DNA from: Opitutaceae bacterium
GTDB taxonomy: Bacteria; Verrucomicrobiota; Verrucomicrobiia; Opitutales; Opitutaceae
Length of the DNA: 64,000 nucleotides
Direction: 5' to 3'
Assembly: GCA_044358025.1 (NCBI GenBank)
Contig: JBIKOK010000004.1
Span: forward strand, 853 to 64,852
Both the position numbers and the translations under genes were made by a program. A model generated the notes under the pieces. It saw nothing but the letters and a program-made list of their open reading frames with translations. It was not told where the DNA came from and searched no databases. Shown piece by piece: positions 56,412 through 64,000 of this stretch. Each line of letters starts with the position of its first letter. The stretch's first letter is position 1.

Positions 56412-58124
56412 ATGAGCAAACGAAACACAACCCCCGAGACTACCTCCGCCGGCCCTCCGCTGCCGACGGCGGCCGCCGCGCGCCGGCGCTGGTTCGCCCT
56501 CGGCGCCGTCGTCGCCGGACTCCTGCCGCTCGTCGCGCTCGAGGCGGGCCTCCGCCTCTTCGGCCTCGGCCGACCGGTCGACCGCCCCGATCCATTTGCC
56601 GGCTTCAACGGCGACGCCCCTCTCTTCGAACGCCAGGGCGCCGTCTATCGCACCGCCCGCGCCCGCGCGCCGTTCATCGCGCCCCAGGAGTTTCCCGCCG
56701 CGAAACCGCCCGGCAGTTTCCGGATGTTTTGTTTCGGCGGCTCGACCGTCTACGGCCACCCCTACACCGGCGAGACCGCCTTTCCCAAGTGGCTCGAGCT
56801 CGAACTCGCCGCCCGCGCTCCCGGCCGCTCCTGGCAGGCGATCAACTGCGGCGGCGTCTCCTACGCGAGCTATCGCATCGCCCCGATGGTGCGCGAGGTC
56901 CTGCGCTACCAACCCGACCTCGTCATCGTCGCCACCGGCCACAACGAATTCCTCGAGGACCGCACCTACCACACGCTCAAGACGCGCTCCGCCCTCTGGG
57001 CGCGGCTCCAACGCACCGCCTACGCGCTCCACACCGTGGGCCTCGTCCGCCAGTGGCTCCACCGGGACGCTGCCGCCGGATCGCCGCCGCCCGCCGCCCC
57101 TGCTGACGCCGCGCCCCTCCCGCCCGACGTCACCACCCGCCTCGACTCCGCGAGCGGTTACGCCTCCTACCGCCGCGACGCCGCCTGGTGGCAAAACGTC
57201 GCCGCCCAATACGACGAATCCGTCCGCCAAATCGTCGCCGCTTGCCGCGTCGCCCACGTGCCCGTGCTGCTCGTCCGACTCGGGTCGAATCTCCGCGACT
57301 GCCCGCCCTACAAATCCGAACACCGCTCCAACCTCGCCCCCGGCACCGAAGCCGATTGGCAGGCCGCCTTCGATCTCGCAACCACCGCCGAGAAGACCGA
57401 TCTGCCGCGCGCGCTGCGATTCTATCAGGAAGCCGCCGCGATTGATGGTGACTACGCGCTGCTCAATTTCCGTCTCGCCCGCGTCCTCGATCGCCTCGGG
57501 CGCACCGCGGAAGCACTCCCCTATTTCGAGAAAGCCAAGGACACCGACATCTGCCCGCTCCGCATCACCGCGCCGCTGGAGCAAACGCTCCTGAAAATCG
57601 CCACCGAGACCGACACCCCTCTCGTCGACGCCGCCCAAGTCATCGCCGCGCGGAGCCCCGCCGGAATTCCCGGCAACGACTGGTATGTCGACCACGTGCA
57701 TCCGACGATCGGCGGCCACCAATTGATCGCGCGCACGATCGCCGCGCAGTTTCCCGCACGCGGCTGGCTCACCTCGGCCGCCGAGTGGCCCGAAGCCGAG
57801 CGCGTGAAAACCTACGCGCGCCATCTGGCCACCGTCGGCCCCGCGTATTTCGCCGACGGCCAGCGCCGCCTGGCCTGGCTCGAAGACTGGGCGAAGCGCC
57901 AACGCCTCGCCGCCGAGACCGTCCCGGCCGACGCCGCCGGTTTCGCCCGCCTCGCCTTTCGCCACCTCGACCTCGGCGACGAAGACGCCGCCCGGGACGC
58001 GCTGCGCGAAGCGCTCAAGCGCGATACCGCGGTCGCCGACCTCGTCCGCACCCGCGCGCAGGACCTGACCGCCGAAGGCCGCGCGGCAAGCGCCGCCGCG
58101 CTGTTGGGCCGGTTGAACCACTAA
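56412..58124 (+). CDS. SGNH/GDSL-type hydrolase domain protein with C-terminal TPR-like repeats, N-terminal membrane anchor
   Basis: ATG at 56412. Anchor WFALGAVVAGLLPLVALEAGL. SGNH blocks FCFGGSTVYGHPY (block I), VATGHNEF (block III) and VDHVHPT (block V). TPR-like helices occur in ALRFYQEAAAIDGDYALLNFRLARVLDRLGRTAEALPYFEKA. Confidence 0.7.
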   Translation: MSKRNTTPETTSAGPPLPTAAAARRRWFALGAVVAGLLPLVALEAGLRLFGLGRPVDRPDPFAGFNGDAPLFERQGAVYRTARARAPFIAPQEFPAAKPPGSFRMFCFGGSTVYGHPYTGETAFPKWLELELAARAPGRSWQAINCGGVSYASYRIAPMVREVLRYQPDLVIVATGHNEFLEDRTYHTLKTRSALWARLQRTAYALHTVGLVRQWLHRDAAAGSPPPAAPADAAPLPPDVTTRLDSASGYASYRRDAAWWQNVAAQYDESVRQIVAACRVAHVPVLLVRLGSNLRDCPPYKSEHRSNLAPGTEADWQAAFDLATTAEKTDLPRALRFYQEAAAIDGDYALLNFRLARVLDRLGRTAEALPYFEKAKDTDICPLRITAPLEQTLLKIATETDTPLVDAAQVIAARSPAGIPGNDWYVDHVHPTIGGHQLIARTIAAQFPARGWLTSAAEWPEAERVKTYARHLATVGPAYFADGQRRLAWLEDWAKRQRLAAETVPADAAGFARLAFRHLDLGDEDAARDALREALKRDTAVADLVRTRAQDLTAEGRAASAAALLGRLNH

Positions 58125-58160
58125 GGCTCGCCCAGTGAGCCGATACGAGCATCCGCAAGA

Positions 58161-58245
58161 GTAGGGCGGACTTCAGTCCGCCTTCCGTGCGGCTCCGGTT
58201 CGACCACTCAACACGGGGAAGGCGGCGGACTGAAGTCCGCCCTAC
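58161..58245. terminator. long nested hairpin between convergent genes (candidate bidirectional terminator / REP-like element)
   Basis: gtagggcggacttcagtccgcc..ttcc (58161..58186) pairs with ggaaggcggcggactgaagtccgccctac (58217..58245). Each arm contains its own mini-palindrome ggcggac-ttca-gtccgcc. There is no T-run, so the terminator function is inferred from position only. Confidence 0.5.
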
Positions 58246-58284
58246 CCCAGAATACGCCGCGAACTCGCTCCGGGCTCTTTCACT

Positions 58285-61038
58285 TCAGAGCCGCGTCGTC
58301 ACGCTGAAACTCCAGGTCGTCGGCTCCGCGTAGCGGTAGATGTAGTTGGGGCGTCCCGCGACGGTATTGTACGAGGTCGCGCCGGTGATGCGGTAGCGGC
58401 TGTCGCCATTCATGAGGTCGTAGATGTTATTCAAACCGAGTCGGAACGTCGTCGGGTAGTTTTTCAGGATGCGGCGATCGTAGAGCAGGTAGCCGTGCAG
58501 CGGGAACGACGCGCCGGCCTCGTAAGGCACACCGTCGCGGATGTAGACATTGTAGTTCGGCGTAAAGATGCCGTTGAGGCCGACGCGGAAGCCGCGCACG
58601 CGGGGCACCTGATAGTCGAGCACGAAGCTGCCGGTGTAGGGCACGCTGCGCCGACCGGAGACTTTGTCGGTGAGCGTGTTTGAGCCGAGCACGTTGCGGG
58701 CGTTCGTCAGCACGGCGGGGAGCTCGGCCATCGTGCGGTCGCCGCTGGGGGAATTTGCCGCGGTCGTGCGTTCTTCCGCCGCGGTGAGGTAGGCGCGGAA
58801 CTGCGAGAAGTCGGCCTGGGCGCGCACGTTGTTCGCCGAAAATGAGAGGCGCGACTGGAGGCCGAGCCAGCGCTGGCTCTGCAGCGTCATCTCGATGCCG
58901 CGCGACTGCTCGTTGGAGTTCACCGTGCGGCGCTCGTTGTTGAGGCCGTTTACCACCTCGACGTAGCGCGAATCGGCGGGGAGGACGTTGTTCGGGTTAA
59001 TGAGATCCTCGAGCTGCGCGAGGTTGAGCACATCGGGGTTCCACGCATAGGCGGCGTTGACGCGCTTCGTGTCGTAGAACGAAACGCTGTAGGTCAGCTT
59101 CCGGAAGAGTTCGAAACGCAGGCCGACCTCCTTGGTGTTGCCGCGCACGGGCCCGATGTCGGGGCCGAAGAACACCTGGCGTGACTGCCAGTTAAACGAC
59201 TCCGACTGCGAAGCGATTGCGATCACGCGAAGCCATTCCCCGCGCCAAGCCTCGACCGTGAGGCCCGCCATCTTGCTCACAGCGGAGAGATTGAAACGCG
59301 GATCGTATTCGTAGGCGCCGGGATTGTCCTCGGGCATGCCGGGATGGACGAAGTGGCCGCGCGCATCGACCGCGTAGGTGGATTCCTTCGGGATTTTTCG
59401 GGTGAGCACGTTCCAGCTCACGCCGACCAGCGTGTTCACGCGGCCATTGAAATAGTCGCCGGAAAGCGAGGCCGTCTGCGTGCGCGCGTGGCGGATATCG
59501 ACGAACGGCCCCGTGACCGTCGAACTGTAGTAGAACTCGGGCTTGAAGGTCGGCGTGCTGGGCAGGTTGGGAATGAGAAATTGATCGAAGAACTTCGTGG
59601 TGCCGAAGGCCGGGTCGTCGAGGTAGGCGCGGAGGCGGATGCCGTTGCTGGCGGCGAGGCCGGGAGCGGCGGCGTTGTAGAGCCCGAAACGTTCGGAGAG
59701 CTTGAGATCCTTCTGCTGCAGGGCGGTGACGACGAGGAGCTGTTTGCCGAACCGGCCGAAATCGAAGGGATAAACCGCCGCGAGGCGCCCGGCCTTCACG
59801 ACGTTGCCGAAGACTTTGAACGCGGCGCCGCCGATCGCCTCCTCAATGTAGGGGCGGCCGGTGCTGTCCACGCTGAGGACGGGCGGCGTCTGGCTCGTGC
59901 CAAAGGAATTGTCGTTCCGATCCTCGTGCTGGAACTGCTGGTTGTAGGCAAACTCGAGCGACAGCTTGCCGATGCGCTGCTCGACCGTGGCATTGGCGAC
60001 GTTGAAGGTGCGGTTGTTGTAGTCCACCGTGCCGAGCATGTTGGTGTATTGGTCAAAGCCGCTGAAGGTCCGGAACGTGCCGTTGGGCAGGCGCACCGCC
60101 TGCGTCTGGCCTTGCAGCAGCGACACTTGGTTGCCGGAGGGCCCGCTGCGATCGATCGCGAGCGGCGGGTTGGTGGCGGTGCGTTGGAGGATTTCGCCGT
60201 CGGAGGTGTAATACCACTGGTTGTTCGTCGCGAAGCCGCGGCCGGCGGCGGTGACGTCGTTGATGGCCAGCGCGCTGTCGGCGCGCACGCGGTGGGTGGT
60301 GCCGCGCTCGCCCTCGATGCGGATGGTCGTCGTCTTGAACGGCTCGTAGGTGAGCGCGATGTGGCCGGCGCGGAAGACGTCGTTGGTGCCCTTGACGTAG
60401 GTCCGGTTGCGGCGGTTCGCGAGGTTCACCCGCACGAAGACCTTGTCGTGCAGTTTGCGGTTGGCATCCACTTGGAAACGAAAGGCCTCATACGAGCCAT
60501 AGCTGGCGTAGAGCTCCGTCGAGTTCCGCGCGCGCGCGCGTTTCGTGTAGATCGTCGCCTGGCCACCGGGCGAGGAGTCGCCGAACATCAGCGAGTTCGA
60601 GCCCTTCGCAAAATCGTAGCGCTCGACGTTGTAAGCGTCCGACGGGACATACCACGTGAAGAAATTTCGCGACGCGCCACCGGTGCTGAGCCCGCGGTAA
60701 TTGATGCGCTCGTCGTTGCGCGCCTCCAGCCGGGGCGTGACGTCAACGCCTGCGACAAACCGCGCCGCATCATCCATGCTGAACGCCCCGAGGTCGCGCA
60801 TGAATTCTGCCGTGATCACGTCCACGTTCACCGGAACCTTGATGAGTTCCTGATTGGTCCGGCTGCCGATGAGCGTGGTCGTGGCCTGCCAGGACTTGTC
60901 GTCGGTGTCGGAGACCGTGAACGGCGAAAGCGCGACGACCTCCTCGGTCGCCGGCGATTTGGCCGGCTGGGCCACGGAGGCGGGCGAGGCAAATGCCACG
61001 ACAAGGGCAGACGCGCAGAAAAAACGGGGCAAATTCAT
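58285..61038 (-). CDS. TonB-dependent outer-membrane receptor
   Basis: 917 aa with leader MNLPRFFCASALVVAFASPASVAQ. Plug region VALSPFTVSDTDDKSWQATTTLIGSRTNQELIKVPVNVDVITAEFMRDLG...RINYRGL. Long beta-rich C-terminal barrel. Confidence 0.88.
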   Translation of the reverse strand: MNLPRFFCASALVVAFASPASVAQPAKSPATEEVVALSPFTVSDTDDKSWQATTTLIGSRTNQELIKVPVNVDVITAEFMRDLGAFSMDDAARFVAGVDVTPRLEARNDERINYRGLSTGGASRNFFTWYVPSDAYNVERYDFAKGSNSLMFGDSSPGGQATIYTKRARARNSTELYASYGSYEAFRFQVDANRKLHDKVFVRVNLANRRNRTYVKGTNDVFRAGHIALTYEPFKTTTIRIEGERGTTHRVRADSALAINDVTAAGRGFATNNQWYYTSDGEILQRTATNPPLAIDRSGPSGNQVSLLQGQTQAVRLPNGTFRTFSGFDQYTNMLGTVDYNNRTFNVANATVEQRIGKLSLEFAYNQQFQHEDRNDNSFGTSQTPPVLSVDSTGRPYIEEAIGGAAFKVFGNVVKAGRLAAVYPFDFGRFGKQLLVVTALQQKDLKLSERFGLYNAAAPGLAASNGIRLRAYLDDPAFGTTKFFDQFLIPNLPSTPTFKPEFYYSSTVTGPFVDIRHARTQTASLSGDYFNGRVNTLVGVSWNVLTRKIPKESTYAVDARGHFVHPGMPEDNPGAYEYDPRFNLSAVSKMAGLTVEAWRGEWLRVIAIASQSESFNWQSRQVFFGPDIGPVRGNTKEVGLRFELFRKLTYSVSFYDTKRVNAAYAWNPDVLNLAQLEDLINPNNVLPADSRYVEVVNGLNNERRTVNSNEQSRGIEMTLQSQRWLGLQSRLSFSANNVRAQADFSQFRAYLTAAEERTTAANSPSGDRTMAELPAVLTNARNVLGSNTLTDKVSGRRSVPYTGSFVLDYQVPRVRGFRVGLNGIFTPNYNVYIRDGVPYEAGASFPLHGYLLYDRRILKNYPTTFRLGLNNIYDLMNGDSRYRITGATSYNTVAGRPNYIYRYAEPTTWSFSVTTRL

Positions 61039-61307
61039 AGTGGGAGACAGTTGGGGTGAACGCGCGCGACCTCGGACGGATTGCGCGGGGGACCCACGAT
61101 GGAAAACGATGCCCGATTGTCACGCCGAACGTAACAATTCCCCCCAATCGCTCCGGCGCCGCCGAAAGACCCCAAACTCCGTCGCGGCCGGACCGCTCGG
61201 CGCGCGGGAGTCTCGCCCGCTCCCGCTTGCTCTCCACGCCCGGAAACGAAACGCTGCGCACCGCTTCGGCCCCGGGTTCACCCCTTCGCTGCAAGTGCCT
61301 TCCCCCG

Positions 61308-64000
61308 ATGTTATCCCTTACCCGTATCCTGGCCGGCGCGCTCATGGCCAGCGCCGTGGCCCCTGCGGCTGACTTGCCGCCGTCACCACGGGTGCCGTGG
61401 ACCACCTCCACCATCAAAGGCTCGCCCGAGGCGCCCGCGCCGTTTCGCCTCGAGCGCGCGTTTCCCGCGCTCACGTTCGCCCAGCCGCTCGAGGTCGCCG
61501 CGCTGCCCGGCACCGACCGGCTCGTCGTCGTCGAACGCGAAGGAAAATTGCGCTCGTTTCGCGCCGACGACACCACCGCCGCCGCCGAGCTGTTCGGTGA
61601 CCTCGCGCAGTTCGACCCCGAGTTGACCGAAGCTTTCTCGCTGACGTTTCACCCCCAGTTTTCCGAAAACCGCTTCGCCTACCTGCTGGCCATCGCCAAA
61701 ACCCGCCGCCAGCCGAACCGCGAAAACGGCACGCGCATCATCCGCTTCCAAGTCACCGCCGATCCCATCCCGCGCCTCGATCTCGCCTCCGGCCGCGTGA
61801 TCATCACGTGGCTCCAGGGCGGCCACAACGGCGGCAACCTCCGCTTCGGCCCCGACGGCATGCTCTATTTCGGCGCGGGCGACGCCGGCCCCGCCGAGCC
61901 GCCCGATCCGTTCGTCACGGGCCAGGACCTTTCCGACCTGCTCGCGAGCATTTCGCGCATCGACGTCGACCGCGCCGACCCCGGTCTCGCGTATGCGATT
62001 CCCCGCGACAACCCGTTCGTCAGCGTGCCCCGGGCCCGCGGCGAGGTCTGGGCCTACGGTCTGCGCAATCCGTGGCGCATCGCCTTCGATCCCCAGTCCG
62101 GCGACCTCTACGCGGGCGATGTCGGCTGGCAGCTCTGGGAGATGATCCAGCGCATCCAACGCGGCGGCAACTACGGCTGGAGTCTCACCGAGGGCGGCCG
62201 CCAGGACGTGCGACCCGACCGGCTCGTCGGTCCTTCCCCCGTGCTCCCGCCGCTCGTCACCCATTCGCACGCGGAGGCCGCGAGCATCACCGGCGGCGAA
62301 TTCTACCACGGCGCGAAACTTCCCTCCCTGCGCGGCGCCTACGTCTACGGCGATTGGCAGACCGGGGTGTTCTGGTCGCTGCGCGCCGAGGGCGACCGCG
62401 TGACCGAACACCGCGAGCTGTGCCGCTCGACCCTCGCGCCCGTGGGCTTCGGTGTGCAAAGCGACGGCGAACTCCTCATCTGTGATTACGCCCGCGGCGG
62501 CCTGTGGCGTCTCGCCCCCAACCCCGCGGCCGCCGCACCGTCGAACTTTCCCCGCAAGCTCAGCGCAACCGGTCTGTTTGCCGACGCCGCCCGCCAAGTC
62601 CCCGCGCCCGGCGTCGTGCCCTACGCGGTCAACGTTCCGCGCTGGGCCGACCACGCCACCAGCGAGCGCTGGGCGGGTTTTCCCGGCACCACCCGCGTGG
62701 CGATCGCCACCACCCAACTCGCCTTTTTGCCCGTCGGCCGCTGGGTCTTGCCCGACCACGCCGTGCTCGCGAAGACCTACTCGCTCGAACTCGAACGCGG
62801 CAACCCTGCCACGCGCCGGCGCGTCGAAACCCAGATTCTCCACTATGACCAACAGCAGTGGTCCGCCTACAGTTACCGCTGGAACGCCGCCCAAACCGAC
62901 GCCGAGCTGCTCCCCTCCGGCGGCGACACCGCCGTGTTCGACGTCAAAGATTTCTCGGCTCCCGGCGGCACGCTGCGCCAGACGTGGCGGTTTCACAGCC
63001 GCGCCGAATGCCTGCGTTGCCACAATGCGGAGCTCAACTTCACGCCGGGCTTCAATCCGCTCCAACTCGCCCGCCCCGCTCCCGCCGCGCCCGACCGCCC
63101 GCTCGCGGCCTTGCTTCCCGCCCCGCTCACGCTTGCCAGTCCGGCCCTCGCCGATCCGCACCGCAACCGCGAGTCACCCGAGCTGCGCGCCCGCTCCTAC
63201 CTCCACACCAACTGCAGCACCTGCCATCGCTTCAACGGCGGCGGCTCCGCCAATCTCCTCCTCAACCTCGAGCGCCCGCTCACCGACGCGAAACTCCTCG
63301 ACGAGCAACCCGTGCAGGGCGACCTCGGCTTGCCCGACGCCCGCGTGATCGCGCCCGGCGACCCCGAGCGCAGCGTGTTGCTCTATCGCCTCGCCACCGA
63401 GGGCCGCGGTCACATGCCCTACCTCGGCAGCCGCCTGGTCGACGAACGCGGCCTCCTGCTCGTGCGCCACTGGATCGCCGGCCTCGATTCCAACCTCGGC
63501 ACCGTCTCACCCGCAGCCGCCGCGCAGCGCGAAAAAGAACGGGCCGCCCTGCACACCCTCCGCACCGGCGACACCACCGTGCTGCCCACGCTCCTCGCCA
63601 CCGGCAGCGGCGCCTTCGGCGTCACGCTCGCGCTCATCGACGGCACGCTCCCGCCCGCCGTGCGCGCCGCCGCAATCGCGCAAGGCACCGCGCTCACCGA
63701 TCCGTTGCGCCGCGATCTGTTCGAGCGCTTCCTGCCCGATGACCAACGCCGTCGCGTGCTCGGCGCCGCCTTCGACCGCGCCGCCCTCCTCGCGCGCTCC
63801 GGCGACGCCACGCGCGGCCGCGCCGTGTTCGCCACCGTGTGCGTCGCCTGCCATCGCTTGGGCGACACCGGCAGCGAGTTCGGCCCCGACCTCGCGCACG
63901 TCGGCACCAAGTGGGACCGCGCCGGCCTCCTCGAGCAAATCGTCGCCCCCTCCGCCGTGGTCGCCGACGCCTGGCGACTCACCACCATCGAACTAAAAAG
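61308..64000 (+). CDS. PQQ-type soluble sugar (glucose/sorbosone) dehydrogenase-like beta-propeller fused to multi-CxxCH cytochrome region; 3' partial
   Basis: Hand translation from ATG 61308 (frame 3) is open to the window end, about 897 codons with no stop. Leader MLSLTRILAGALMASAVAPAA. Propeller motifs GGHNGGNLRFGPDGMLYFGAGD, WAYGLRNPWRIAFD and RGGNYGW. Heme motifs CLRCH, CSTCH and CVACH. It is absent from the ORF track because it has no stop in the window. Confidence 0.85.
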   Translation, partial: MLSLTRILAGALMASAVAPAADLPPSPRVPWTTSTIKGSPEAPAPFRLERAFPALTFAQPLEVAALPGTDRLVVVEREGKLRSFRADDTTAAAELFGDLAQFDPELTEAFSLTFHPQFSENRFAYLLAIAKTRRQPNRENGTRIIRFQVTADPIPRLDLASGRVIITWLQGGHNGGNLRFGPDGMLYFGAGDAGPAEPPDPFVTGQDLSDLLASISRIDVDRADPGLAYAIPRDNPFVSVPRARGEVWAYGLRNPWRIAFDPQSGDLYAGDVGWQLWEMIQRIQRGGNYGWSLTEGGRQDVRPDRLVGPSPVLPPLVTHSHAEAASITGGEFYHGAKLPSLRGAYVYGDWQTGVFWSLRAEGDRVTEHRELCRSTLAPVGFGVQSDGELLICDYARGGLWRLAPNPAAAAPSNFPRKLSATGLFADAARQVPAPGVVPYAVNVPRWADHATSERWAGFPGTTRVAIATTQLAFLPVGRWVLPDHAVLAKTYSLELERGNPATRRRVETQILHYDQQQWSAYSYRWNAAQTDAELLPSGGDTAVFDVKDFSAPGGTLRQTWRFHSRAECLRCHNAELNFTPGFNPLQLARPAPAAPDRPLAALLPAPLTLASPALADPHRNRESPELRARSYLHTNCSTCHRFNGGGSANLLLNLERPLTDAKLLDEQPVQGDLGLPDARVIAPGDPERSVLLYRLATEGRGHMPYLGSRLVDERGLLLVRHWIAGLDSNLGTVSPAAAAQREKERAALHTLRTGDTTVLPTLLATGSGAFGVTLALIDGTLPPAVRAAAIAQGTALTDPLRRDLFERFLPDDQRRRVLGAAFDRAALLARSGDATRGRAVFATVCVACHRLGDTGSEFGPDLAHVGTKWDRAGLLEQIVAPSAVVADAWRLTTIELK

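Noticed and set aside
9769-58245. Whether the various intergenic repeats could constitute a CRISPR array.
   Set aside because: The copies are single, belong to different families, are kilobases apart, and are hairpin-type. There are no regularly spaced direct repeats or spacers anywhere in the window.
1-64000. tRNA, rRNA, tmRNA, RNase P, transposase, integrase or prophage genes.
   Set aside because: I recognised none by eye on either strand. Without covariance-model searches, small ncRNAs cannot be excluded, especially in 22445..23077 and 35588..36990.

Overview
This is a visibly GC-rich chromosomal segment, with G/C at almost every third codon position, and it is coded almost entirely on the plus strand. 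All calls come from reading motifs by eye; no database search was run.

**Likely origin.** The gene content suggests Verrucomicrobiota (Opitutaceae-like) or another PVC-group bacterium. The supporting genes are PVC-type CxxCH / membrane-bound-dehydrogenase fusion proteins, a DUF1592/DUF1552 pair, Cys-type sulfatases, SusD-less TonB-dependent receptors (TBDRs) with carboxypeptidase-regulatory-like N-domains, and prepilin-type proteins.

**Layout.**
- **0.1-35.5 kb:** a polysaccharide-utilisation-like locus. It holds a GH29 alpha-L-fucosidase, three stand-alone alpha/beta-hydrolase esterases, a DUF1080-esterase fusion, a LamG protein, two intact sulfatases plus one sulfatase relic, four paralogous TBDRs, a giant ThuA/SGNH/beta-propeller/HEAT/cytochrome-c protein and mqo.
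- **12.2-14.5 kb:** the locus is interrupted by a minus-strand, heavily decayed type I R-M (hsdM) / KilA-N remnant.
- **35.6-37.0 kb:** about 1.4 kb with no credible ORF.
- **37.0-39.9 kb:** three translationally coupled minor-pseudopilin-like genes. The third carries three chitin-binding-domain-like (CBM5/12-type) repeats.
- **40.2-43.5 kb:** a DUF1592-family / DUF1552 pair.
- **43.8-46.7 kb:** an intact receiver protein followed by a multiply disrupted CHASE3-PAS histidine kinase.
- **47.0-48.8 kb (minus strand):** a TerB-domain protein followed by a BacNaV-family voltage-gated channel with an unusual TLEGWAD pore filter.
- **49.0-52.7 kb:** a lipocalin and two more sulfatases.
- **53.0-58.1 kb:** carbamoyltransferase, SxtJ-like and DUF5989-like genes, with a pentapeptide-repeat protein and an SGNH/TPR protein.
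- **58.3-61.0 kb (minus strand):** a fifth TBDR.
- **61.3 kb to the window end:** a partial PQQ-type sugar dehydrogenase / multi-CxxCH protein. It is missing from the supplied ORF track because it has no stop codon inside the window.

Several short hairpin/REP-like repeat families sit in the intergenic regions. I recognised no rRNA, tRNA, CRISPR array, transposase or integrase.
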